The notes under the pieces are model-generated. The model was given only the letters and a program-made list of their open reading frames with translations. It was not told where the DNA came from and did no database searches. Position numbers and translations under genes: made by a program. DNA of 64,000 bases from Deltaproteobacteria bacterium. GTDB taxonomy: Bacteria; Myxococcota; Kuafuiibacteriia; Kuafuiibacteriales; Kuafuiibacteriaceae. The stretch spans positions 7,518 to 71,517 of the forward strand of contig JAVJQW010000027.1 in the NCBI GenBank assembly GCA_040218735.1. The letters are read 5' to 3'. Of the stretch, positions 8,905 through 16,564 are shown in pieces (the first letter of the stretch is position 1; each line of letters starts with the position of its first letter).

Positions 8905-10110
8905 TCACTGTGATCGCGATGCCACCCACTTCGGGAGCGCGAGCAACGGCAGCGGAGACACCAACGCAAACGTCACCCCGAGGTACAGCGCGTTGCCGAT
9001 GCCGATCGCCTCGGCCACCGCACCCGCGCCGAGCGCCGCGACGGGGAGGAGCAGCGTCTCGACCGCCGTGAAGATCCCGTTCGCACGCGCGAGCACACTG
9101 CGGTCGAGGTACGTCTGCCGATGCGTCGTCGCGTGCACCTGGTACGCGATCTCGAACCCGTCGCTCACGAGCTGGTGCGCGACGAGCAGACCGATCGCCC
9201 ACCAGCCCCCGACCGCCGCGAGCGGGATGAAGATCATCGACAGCTGCGACACCGTGAACGCCGCGATCAGCCCGCCGCGACTCGTGATGCGCCGCGACAG
9301 GAGCGCGCCGAACAGCGCGCCGAAGCCGCCCATCGAGATGATCACGCCGACCGCACCCACCGACAGCGCGAGCGTCTCGAGCGTGAACAACATGTAGAGC
9401 GCGAAGAAGAAGCTGTCGGCGAGCGTCTGGATCGCCGTGACGATCAGGTAGGGGCGCACGCGCGGCTCGGACCACACCGCGTCGAAGCCTTCGCGCAGGT
9501 CCGTCCACAGGTGAGGCGTCGTGGTGGGGAGCTCCGGCTCACGCGTCTGGATGCGGAACAGGAGGACGGCCGACCACACGTAGGAGATCGCGTCGAGCAA
9601 CATCGCCATGGGCGCCGTGACCCACTCGATCAGCAGCCCGGCGAACCCCGGCCCGACGATCTCCGCGATCGACTCCGTGGTCTCGAGCTTGGCGTTTTTG
9701 TCGACGAGCTCCTCCGCCGGCACGAGGTGGACGAGGTAGGCGTTGTCGGTGACCGCGAACAGCGCCGAGGCCGTCCCGACGAGCGCCGCGACGCCGTAGA
9801 GCTGGAGCATCGTCAACGCACCGAGCCAAGCGGCGAGGGGGAGCGTCAGGATGAGCACCGCCCGGACCAGATCCGCACCGATCAGGACCGAGCGCTTCTG
9901 GGCGCGGTCGATGCGGCCCGCGGCGAGGAGCGCGACGATCGCCCCCGGACCGGTCGAAACCGCCGCGAGAATCCCCAGCTCCAGCGGCGTCCCGTCCACG
10001 GAGAGGATCGCGAGCACCGGCAGCGCGGTGCGCGTAACGCGGCTCCCGAGGGCGCTGACGCTCTGCGCCATCCAGAGGCGCCCGAAGTCCGTGCGGGGCA
10101 TGCGTGTCAT
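8905..10110 (-). CDS. MFS transporter
   Basis: About 12 predicted TM helices. The N-terminus 'FGRLWMAQSVSALGSRVTRTALPVLAI' is typical of the EntS/DUF894-like MFS group. Confidence 0.8.
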   Translation of the reverse strand: MTRMPRTDFGRLWMAQSVSALGSRVTRTALPVLAILSVDGTPLELGILAAVSTGPGAIVALLAAGRIDRAQKRSVLIGADLVRAVLILTLPLAAWLGALTMLQLYGVAALVGTASALFAVTDNAYLVHLVPAEELVDKNAKLETTESIAEIVGPGFAGLLIEWVTAPMAMLLDAISYVWSAVLLFRIQTREPELPTTTPHLWTDLREGFDAVWSEPRVRPYLIVTAIQTLADSFFFALYMLFTLETLALSVGAVGVIISMGGFGALFGALLSRRITSRGGLIAAFTVSQLSMIFIPLAAVGGWWAIGLLVAHQLVSDGFEIAYQVHATTHRQTYLDRSVLARANGIFTAVETLLLPVAALGAGAVAEAIGIGNALYLGVTFALVSPLPLLALPKWVASRSQ

Positions 10111-10276
10111 CGCAGGGGTCGACCGACGGTCTACGCAACCGAGTGGGTCATATGCCCACCGAGTAGGATCGGGTTGCAGATTCGGGAGGGTTCAGGTGTA
10201 CTCATCTTACGCCGAGCGACCTCGCGGTCGCGGTGTACGTCGGGCCCGAGGATGGGACCGGCGGGGAGGACAAGGA

Positions 10277-11560
10277 ATGTCGATCCAGGGAAGCTACTTT
10301 TCCAACCCCTTCATGAACCCGTACCTCACGGGTGCATTCCCATCGGGCTCCAATCCGCTCGCGAGCAACCCGTTCGCCGCCCAGATGTTCGGCGGCAGCG
10401 CGCTCGACATGTTCTCGATGGGCAACACGTCCATCCCGGCGGCGCAGATGCTGCCGATGTTGATGGGCGCGATCATCCAGCAGCAGCTCGCGCTGATGTT
10501 CCTCGCCGAGCTCCTCGCGGGCGGCGGCGGACGTCGTCAGCAGGGCGGCGGTTGCAACCACTGCGGCGGGTTCCCGAACGGCAACTTCAACTCGGGCCGT
10601 CGCCTCGGTCCGGGCGCCTGGAACAACAACGGCGTCACCGGCCCCGGCGCGGGCGTCATCCCCACGCCCGGCGCAGCCGCGCACAACGGCACCGCGACGA
10701 TCGACTCCGTGCGCAACTCGGGCGCGCGCAACCAAATGGTCTCCGGCCGCATCACGGTGAACGGCCGCACGTACCAGTACAACAGCGGCGGTCACGGTCG
10801 CGGCAGCCTCCCGCCGGGCCAGTACCAGGTCACGCCGCACATGTTCAGTCGCAACACCCGAGGTATGGTGCGCGACGGCGTCGGTTACAGCTTCGCGCTG
10901 AACAACGCGTACGACCCGCGCGTCGGCGACACGCGCACCGCGCTCCGCATCCACCCGGACGGTGGCAGCGCCGGCACGATGGGCTGCATCGGCATCGTCG
11001 GTGACGCGGCGACGCAGCGTCAGTTCCGCGCGGACATGATGGCCGAGATCCAGCGCAACGGCGGCAGCTTCACGCTGAACGTCGGTGTCCCCGGCAACCA
11101 GGTCCCGAACTCGCCGACCAACGTCGCGAACAACGGCGTCACCGGCCCGACGAGCGCGTCGGCGGCGAACCTCAACCGTCACCTCGGCGGGGTCTTCAGC
11201 GGCCAGGGCCAGGCGTTCATCGACGCCGCGCGTCGCCACGGCATCGACCCGAACCTCCTCGCTGCGATCGCGATCCACGAGACGGGGAACGGCACGTCGA
11301 ACGCCGTGCGCAACCACAACAACCCCGGCGGCCTGATGAACCCGCGCACCAACTGGAGCACGCTGCAGCGCTTCGGCAGCCTCTCGCAGGGCATCGACGC
11401 GATGGCGCGCAACCTCAAGCGCGGCTACATCAGCCAGGGCCTGACGAGCATCTCAGCGATCGGTCGCAAGTACGCGCCCGTCGGCGCCGGCAACGACCCG
11501 CGCGGCCTCAACCGCCACTGGGTCCCGAACGTCACCGACATCCTGCGTCGGATCTCCTGA
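10277..11560 (+). CDS. Two-domain peptidoglycan-targeting protein: Tlde1/DUF2778-like L,D-transpeptidase-fold domain + glucosaminidase (FlgJ/LytD-type) domain
   Basis: ATG preceded by GGAGGA. The middle region 'YNSGGHGRGSLPPGQYQV ... TALRIHPDGGSAGTMGCIGI' shows a YkuD-like His..Gly-Cys catalytic motif as in Tlde1 effectors. The C-terminus 'GQAFIDAARRHGIDPNLLAAIAIHETGNGTS' is a glucosaminidase signature. The N-terminal ~130 aa are N/G/P/Q-rich with no signal peptide. Confidence 0.75.
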   Translation: MSIQGSYFSNPFMNPYLTGAFPSGSNPLASNPFAAQMFGGSALDMFSMGNTSIPAAQMLPMLMGAIIQQQLALMFLAELLAGGGGRRQQGGGCNHCGGFPNGNFNSGRRLGPGAWNNNGVTGPGAGVIPTPGAAAHNGTATIDSVRNSGARNQMVSGRITVNGRTYQYNSGGHGRGSLPPGQYQVTPHMFSRNTRGMVRDGVGYSFALNNAYDPRVGDTRTALRIHPDGGSAGTMGCIGIVGDAATQRQFRADMMAEIQRNGGSFTLNVGVPGNQVPNSPTNVANNGVTGPTSASAANLNRHLGGVFSGQGQAFIDAARRHGIDPNLLAAIAIHETGNGTSNAVRNHNNPGGLMNPRTNWSTLQRFGSLSQGIDAMARNLKRGYISQGLTSISAIGRKYAPVGAGNDPRGLNRHWVPNVTDILRRIS

Positions 11561-11833
11561 TCAAGTCCGAGCGTATCGCTGCGCCGCGCGGGCCTTTGCC
11601 TTCGCGGCTTCTTCCTCGCGGTTCTTCGGCGGCGCGTTCGTTTCGAGCGAATCCACGAGCTGGCGGGTCGCCAACGCGATCATCTCCACCGCGCGATCGA
11701 ACGCCTCTTCGTTGGCCTTGCTCGGCTTCCGCGAGCCGCTGATCTTCCGCACGTACTGGAGCGCCGCGTCGCGGACCTCCTCGTCCGTGGCGGGCGGCTC
11801 GAAGTTGAACAGCGGGCGAATGTTGCGGCACAT
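11561..11833 (-). CDS. DUF2277-family small protein
   Basis: The internal start gives 'MCRNIRPLFNFEPPATDEEVRDAALQYVRKISG', the characteristic N-terminus of this family. An alternative ATG lies at 11851. Confidence 0.75.
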   Translation of the reverse strand: MCRNIRPLFNFEPPATDEEVRDAALQYVRKISGSRKPSKANEEAFDRAVEMIALATRQLVDSLETNAPPKNREEEAAKAKARAAQRYART

Positions 11834-11864
11834 GCGCGGAAGGTAACGCATTCGAGGCCTCCCT

Positions 11865-12956
11865 GTGGACGTCGCGGGGGCCTTCGTCGCAATCTCGTCG
11901 TCGGTGCGTCGGTTCGCCCTGCTCCTGCTCGCGCTCGTCGCCTGTCGCGACAACGCGCCGGCCTGCCCGGAGGGTGCGGCGTGCGCGACCGCGTGCGCTT
12001 CGGACGCGGAATGTGGCGCCGACGAGATCTGCAACCAGGCGATGCGCTGTCAGCGCCGCCCGCGCTGTCGCTCCAACGCGGACTGCGAAGCGGCCGAGCA
12101 GTGTGATCCGACCAGCGGCTCGTGCGTCGCGCCGCAGGTCTGCTTCGCCGACCTGCACTGCGCCTTCGGCGAGCTGTGCGAGGACGGTGCCTGTGTCCCG
12201 GGTTGCCGCTCGGACGGGGACTGCCCGCTGTACTCCGTCTGCGATGCCGGCGCGTGCACGAACGAATGCGGCTCGAATGCGTTTTGTGATCTCGGCTCGG
12301 TCTGCGCGGCCGGCACCTGCTACCCGTCGCCGAACCCGAGCCACTGCGCGCCCTGCGACGCCGATCGCCCGTGCCCCTACGCATCGGACTACTGCCTGCT
12401 CAACCACAACTACGACGCCAACGAGCCGTCGCGCGGGACGGCGCGTTACTGCGCGGTGGACTGTCTCGGCGACGCCAACGTCTGCCCGAATGGCTACGCG
12501 TGTCAGCCGGTCACCCTCCTCACCGAGGACCCCTGCGAACGCGACATCCAGTGCCAGCGCGAAGATCGCCGGTGTCTGATCGAGGAAGGCGCGACCCGGG
12601 GCTTCTGCTCGTGCGGCAACGACTTCGACTGCCTCCCGGAGTCCCTCCCGCCGCGGTGCCGCCTCGGCTTCTGCGAATCACCGAGCGGTCAACTCTGCGG
12701 GAGCGACCGCGACTGCCGACCGCTCGTGCTCTGCGACAGACACGGCGGGAGCCCGGTCGACATCTGCGCCAACGACGGCTCGCGCTGCGACTCCGCGGAG
12801 GACTGCCTCTGCCACGAAGGTCGCTGCCTCAACACCGGACGCGTATGCGAGCAGGGCAGCGACTGCATCTTGCCGTGTGTCGACGGCGTGTGTTTCGTCG
12901 GCGCCGCGTGCGCGCCCGTCGAGGGGTTGTACTGTCCCGAACTTCGCGAGATGTGA
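11865..12956 (+). CDS. Cysteine-rich secreted lipoprotein (myxobacterial Cys-rich repeat type)
   Basis: Lipobox LLLALVAC, then dense recurring C..D..C / 'CxSDxDCxxxxxC' units over the whole length. Confidence 0.7.
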   Translation: MDVAGAFVAISSSVRRFALLLLALVACRDNAPACPEGAACATACASDAECGADEICNQAMRCQRRPRCRSNADCEAAEQCDPTSGSCVAPQVCFADLHCAFGELCEDGACVPGCRSDGDCPLYSVCDAGACTNECGSNAFCDLGSVCAAGTCYPSPNPSHCAPCDADRPCPYASDYCLLNHNYDANEPSRGTARYCAVDCLGDANVCPNGYACQPVTLLTEDPCERDIQCQREDRRCLIEEGATRGFCSCGNDFDCLPESLPPRCRLGFCESPSGQLCGSDRDCRPLVLCDRHGGSPVDICANDGSRCDSAEDCLCHEGRCLNTGRVCEQGSDCILPCVDGVCFVGAACAPVEGLYCPELREM

Positions 12957-13026
12957 TCGACACGTAGCCTCGGCGGCCACCTTGAACGCCGTCGCGCTTT
13001 GGTCGAGGCTCTGTACCGGGGGACAG

Positions 13027-13869
13027 GTGGCGCCCGGGGGGCTCGGTCGCGCTGAAACACATTTGAGAACTCTTGTCGTTGCCAGCCAGAAGGGGGGCGT
13101 TGGAAAGACCACGCTCGCCCTCAACCTCAGCTACGCGTTCGCCGAGGCCGGCTTCAAAACGCTGCTCGTCGACACCGATCCGCAGGGTGCCGTCGGCCTG
13201 TCGCTCTCCCCGTCGGTCGCGCGACGGGCCGGCCTTGCGGACGTCATCGCGGGGGAGGTGGGCGTCGACGACGCCGTCCTGCAGACGAAACACGAGCGGC
13301 TCGCGCTGATGCCCGTCGGGCGCATCGCGCCGAAGGAAGTCGCGGCCTTCTCCCGCGCCATCGTCGACGGGCGTCGCCTCGAACCCGTCCTCGACGGGCT
13401 GCACGACCGTTACGACGTCAAGATCATCGACACACCGTGCGGGTTCGGCGGGATTACGGTCGAGGCGCTACGCAACTCCACGCACGTCGTCTCGCCGATC
13501 CTCGCGGAGCCGATCGTCATGCGCTCGGTCCCGCAGCTCTTCGAGATGGTGCAATCGCTCATCGAAGAGGGTGTGGCCACGTGCATCGTCGGACTCGTCG
13601 TGACGATGCTCCAGGCTCAGGAACAGTACTCGTCGAGCGTTGCTCGCGAGCTGCGAACGCTGTTCCCGCCCGAGCTGCTCTTCGACGTCGACATTCCGCG
13701 CCAACCGATCTTCCTCGAGGCGACGTCGCTCGGTGTACCCGTCGGGCTGCTCCGTACGCCCGCGCCACCCGTCACTCATCTCATCAACCTCATCGCTGCG
13801 GAGATCGCGAATCGCATGCAGCTCTTCAGGAAAGACGACCATGTCCGGCACCGGACCCTCGTGGATTGA
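13027..13869 (+). CDS. ParA/MinD-family ATPase (deviant Walker A)
   Basis: 'LVVASQKGGVGKTTLALNLSYAFAEAGFKTLLVDTDPQG' plus Walker B-like 'DVKIIDTP'. The start is uncertain: GTG 13027 or TTG 13063. The listed ATG at 12877 would overlap the upstream gene by 80 nt. Confidence 0.8.
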   Translation: MAPGGLGRAETHLRTLVVASQKGGVGKTTLALNLSYAFAEAGFKTLLVDTDPQGAVGLSLSPSVARRAGLADVIAGEVGVDDAVLQTKHERLALMPVGRIAPKEVAAFSRAIVDGRRLEPVLDGLHDRYDVKIIDTPCGFGGITVEALRNSTHVVSPILAEPIVMRSVPQLFEMVQSLIEEGVATCIVGLVVTMLQAQEQYSSSVARELRTLFPPELLFDVDIPRQPIFLEATSLGVPVGLLRTPAPPVTHLINLIAAEIANRMQLFRKDDHVRHRTLVD

Positions 13870-14407
13870 AACGGATCGGCTGAGCGGCCTCGTCGCCCTC
13901 ACCGCGTGGCGGCGTCCCGCGGCGTCCGGCACAACGTCACGCTTCGGTGTGACGGAGGTCCACGCACGCTTCGACGACGACGGGCAAAACCGAACCCTCG
14001 TTACGCCGATCCCGGAGCCTCCGCCCGTAGGGGCCGTTTCGATGGCGGGCCCCATCGAAACGCGGCTCGACGCCCTCATGGCATGGAGCGTGTCGACGCT
14101 GAAGCTGTCGTCGGCCTACGTCGCCGATGACGAGGGACTGCTCCTCGCCTCGACCTCCGAGGTGGCGCTCCCGCCGGTCGTGACCACGTGTATCGACACG
14201 TTGGTACGGCAGTGGACGCGGTACGCTGCGCGCCCCCGCGGCTGCCTGATCGTACGTGCTGACGGACTAGCCCACGCCGTCGCGTGGACGAACCTGGGCG
14301 AACGTACGTACTTCCTCGTCGTGAGTGGCGCACACCACGACGATTTCGCGCCGGTCGACCCTCTCGTCGAGGGGCTCGCGAGTGCGTTGGAGTCCAAAGA
14401 CCGATGA
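13841..14407 (+). CDS. Roadblock/LC7 (MglB-like) domain protein
   Basis: ATG with AGGAAAG 7 nt upstream, overlapping the ParA-like 3' end by 29 nt. 'LSSAYVADDEGLLLAST ... CLIVRADGLAHAVAW ... YFLVVSG' fits the Roadblock alpha-beta-alpha pattern (by eye). Confidence 0.55.
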   Translation: MSGTGPSWIETDRLSGLVALTAWRRPAASGTTSRFGVTEVHARFDDDGQNRTLVTPIPEPPPVGAVSMAGPIETRLDALMAWSVSTLKLSSAYVADDEGLLLASTSEVALPPVVTTCIDTLVRQWTRYAARPRGCLIVRADGLAHAVAWTNLGERTYFLVVSGAHHDDFAPVDPLVEGLASALESKDR

Positions 14408-14982
14408 ATGACGAGCAACTCAGGATGACCGTCTCGACCATCCCGCGCCTGCGCGCGTGCGCTGTGGTCAGCACACGGGGCGGTGCGCTTCGCGCGACGT
14501 ACCTGTCGCCTACGGAGAGTTGGGACGCGATCGACTTCGCGCAGGTGGTCGGGCGTCTGTTCGACGACGCGTCGGGCGCGCTCGGGCTCATCGGTGCCGG
14601 CGGCGCCGAGCAGCTGCTCCTCGAGGCCCGCGGGCGTCGCGTCGCGCTCCAGGCGCTCGACGCAAACCACGTCGCGGCGTTTGTGTTCGACCGCGAAGCG
14701 AAGCTCGGGATGATCCGCCATCGCCTCGACGATCTCCGCGCCGCGCTCACGGAGAACCTGGGCGATCACAACGGCACCGCTCAACGCGGCGCGACGATCC
14801 TCGAGTACCTCGAGCGCAACGCCGCCGACACCCACGCGGCGCTGCTGAGAGTGTCACTCCAAACCGGCTTGCCAATGAGCCTCCTGAGAACGCCCGACAG
14901 CCTCTCCGAAGCCGAGCTCGAGAGCGTCGCCGCCTCCGTACGTCAGATCCTCGGCGTGCAGACTCTGGGAATCGAGTCATGA
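14404..14982 (+). CDS. Roadblock/LC7 (MglB-like) domain protein
   Basis: ATGA overlap with the upstream stop. 'IPRLRACAVVSTRGGALRATYL ... QLLLEARGRRVALQALDANHVAAFVFDREAKLGMIRHRLDDL' is a good Roadblock pattern. Confidence 0.65.
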   Translation: MNDEQLRMTVSTIPRLRACAVVSTRGGALRATYLSPTESWDAIDFAQVVGRLFDDASGALGLIGAGGAEQLLLEARGRRVALQALDANHVAAFVFDREAKLGMIRHRLDDLRAALTENLGDHNGTAQRGATILEYLERNAADTHAALLRVSLQTGLPMSLLRTPDSLSEAELESVAASVRQILGVQTLGIES

Positions 14983-16241
14983 CCAACATCGCCCACCTCT
15001 TCGAGAGCCGCTCCACGATGGAGTCGCACCAGATGGACTTCCTCGCGGAGACGCAGGTCGTCTTTCACTGCCACCACTTCAACCTGTTCTTCGACCAGAC
15101 GATCGACGACGCGCTCGGACCGGAGCGCGGCACCGAGCTGCGCGTCGAAGCCGGGCACAAGTCGGCGTACCACCTGCTGCGCGGGCTCTTCCGCAGCGGT
15201 CGCTACCGCACACCGATCGAACGGCTCGACGCCGCGACGACGCTCCTGCGCGCGATGGGCCACGGCCGCGTCGACTCCATGACGAATCGCTCCGGAGGCA
15301 CCGCGACCGGTGACTACCTGCACTACGGGTTCGGGTGGCAAGAGAAGTACGGCGACGCCGTCAAGCGGAACCACTGCGCGGATGCCTTCGCCGCCGGCTT
15401 TCTCTCCGCTGCGAACGAGCTCGCGTACGACCTCGACCTCGGGTCCCTCGCGACGCGCGAGTCGCGCTGCATCGCGACGGGGGAGCGTCAGTGTCACTTC
15501 GAGGTCGAGCCGCGTCGGCAGCGACTGCTCACCAGCAACGTGCACCCGTCCACCGCGGAGGCGACGTTGCCGGCGTCGTTCGAAGGTGAGTTCGAAGATC
15601 GGATCGAGGCGATCACCAAAGGGCTGCGTGAGTTTCTCTCCGGGGTCCAAGGCGACGAGCGTGGGGTGATCGACGCCTTCGGCGTGCTCGTCACGATGCA
15701 CCTCGCCGACTACTACAACCACCTCGCGAACGACACGCTGCGCGTTGTCGCCACCGAGAAGCCCCACGCACAAGACGCGTTCCGTTCCTTGCTCGTGGAG
15801 TCCGGGCAGGTCTGCTCCTTCCACACGTTCGGGGGGGTGCTCGCGTCGCCGGAGTGGGACGGTATGGTCGGGGCTCCGTCCGGTGAACCGTCGGAGGTCG
15901 TCGTCGGGGGCCTCGCACTCGCGCGCGCGTTGGGGTTCGGACGGTGGAGCCTCGAGGATTGGATCCCCGAGAAACAGCTCGTCCTCGGGAGCCCGGGTAC
16001 TTATGAGAGTCTGTTCTCGCGTCTCGCGCCGATGTCACCGCATCGCGCGCCGAGCGGGATCTTTCCGGGCGCGGCGCTCGGGATCATGTCCCTCGCGCAC
16101 CGCGTCGACTGGGCGAACAAACAACCCCTCGATGCGGCCCTCTACCGGCAGCTCGTTTCGAACAACCCGTGGAAGGTCGAGCAGACGCATTCGATCGTCG
16201 CGGGTGACGACCGGGACCGCGTGGTGGTGAGTCTGAAGTGA
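14979..16241 (+). CDS. Tandem V4R-domain protein (second copy degenerate)
   Basis: ATGA overlap with the upstream stop. The first half ends 'NHCADAFAAGFLSAANE...LATRESRCIATGERQCHFEVE', the V4R Cys signature. The second half ends 'VEQTHSIVAGDDRDRVVVSL', with the same spacing but no Cys. Confidence 0.6.
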   Translation: MTNIAHLFESRSTMESHQMDFLAETQVVFHCHHFNLFFDQTIDDALGPERGTELRVEAGHKSAYHLLRGLFRSGRYRTPIERLDAATTLLRAMGHGRVDSMTNRSGGTATGDYLHYGFGWQEKYGDAVKRNHCADAFAAGFLSAANELAYDLDLGSLATRESRCIATGERQCHFEVEPRRQRLLTSNVHPSTAEATLPASFEGEFEDRIEAITKGLREFLSGVQGDERGVIDAFGVLVTMHLADYYNHLANDTLRVVATEKPHAQDAFRSLLVESGQVCSFHTFGGVLASPEWDGMVGAPSGEPSEVVVGGLALARALGFGRWSLEDWIPEKQLVLGSPGTYESLFSRLAPMSPHRAPSGIFPGAALGIMSLAHRVDWANKQPLDAALYRQLVSNNPWKVEQTHSIVAGDDRDRVVVSLK

Positions 16242-16564
16242 CTTCGCTCGTCGCCACGCCACCGACGCCCGACCGCGGGTGTCGGAATCAGATCCTCTGG
16301 GAGTGCGGGTTGTCGCCGACGCTCCACGCGGAGGACTTCGTCGCGCGAGTGCTCGCCGCGGGGGCCCGCGACGTCGGACCGCCGGGCATCCCGTCGCTGC
16401 GGATGTTCGAAGCTCCCGAAGGCGGGCATCGGCTCGTGTTCGTCCCGAGGACGTCGCGGCTTCAGCTCCGGCTCGACGCGATGACGCCGCAAGGGACCCG
16501 CGTCGATGCGGCGCGTGCGCTGCACGCGTGGCTCGTCGAAGTGCTGACGCGAGGTGAAGCGTGA
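16238..16564 (+). CDS. Hypothetical small protein in the operon
   Basis: GTGA overlaps at both ends (16238 and 16561). Codon bias is consistent with coding. No recognisable motif. Confidence 0.5.
   Translation: MTSLVATPPTPDRGCRNQILWECGLSPTLHAEDFVARVLAAGARDVGPPGIPSLRMFEAPEGGHRLVFVPRTSRLQLRLDAMTPQGTRVDAARALHAWLVEVLTRGEA

Noticed and set aside
9121-11004. 627-aa plus-strand ORF spanning the MFS gene and the effector gene
   Set aside because: It is antisense to the MFS transporter and out of frame with the Tlde1/glucosaminidase gene. The translation is extremely Arg/Glu/Asp/His-rich.
14457-14978. N-terminal extension of the V4R ORF, and similar extensions at 34509-34937, 22678-22983, 12877-13026 and 9851-10276
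   Set aside because: The extensions overlap upstream genes in other frames and translate to Arg-rich sequence. The internal starts coincide with ATGA/GTGA junctions or SD-like motifs.
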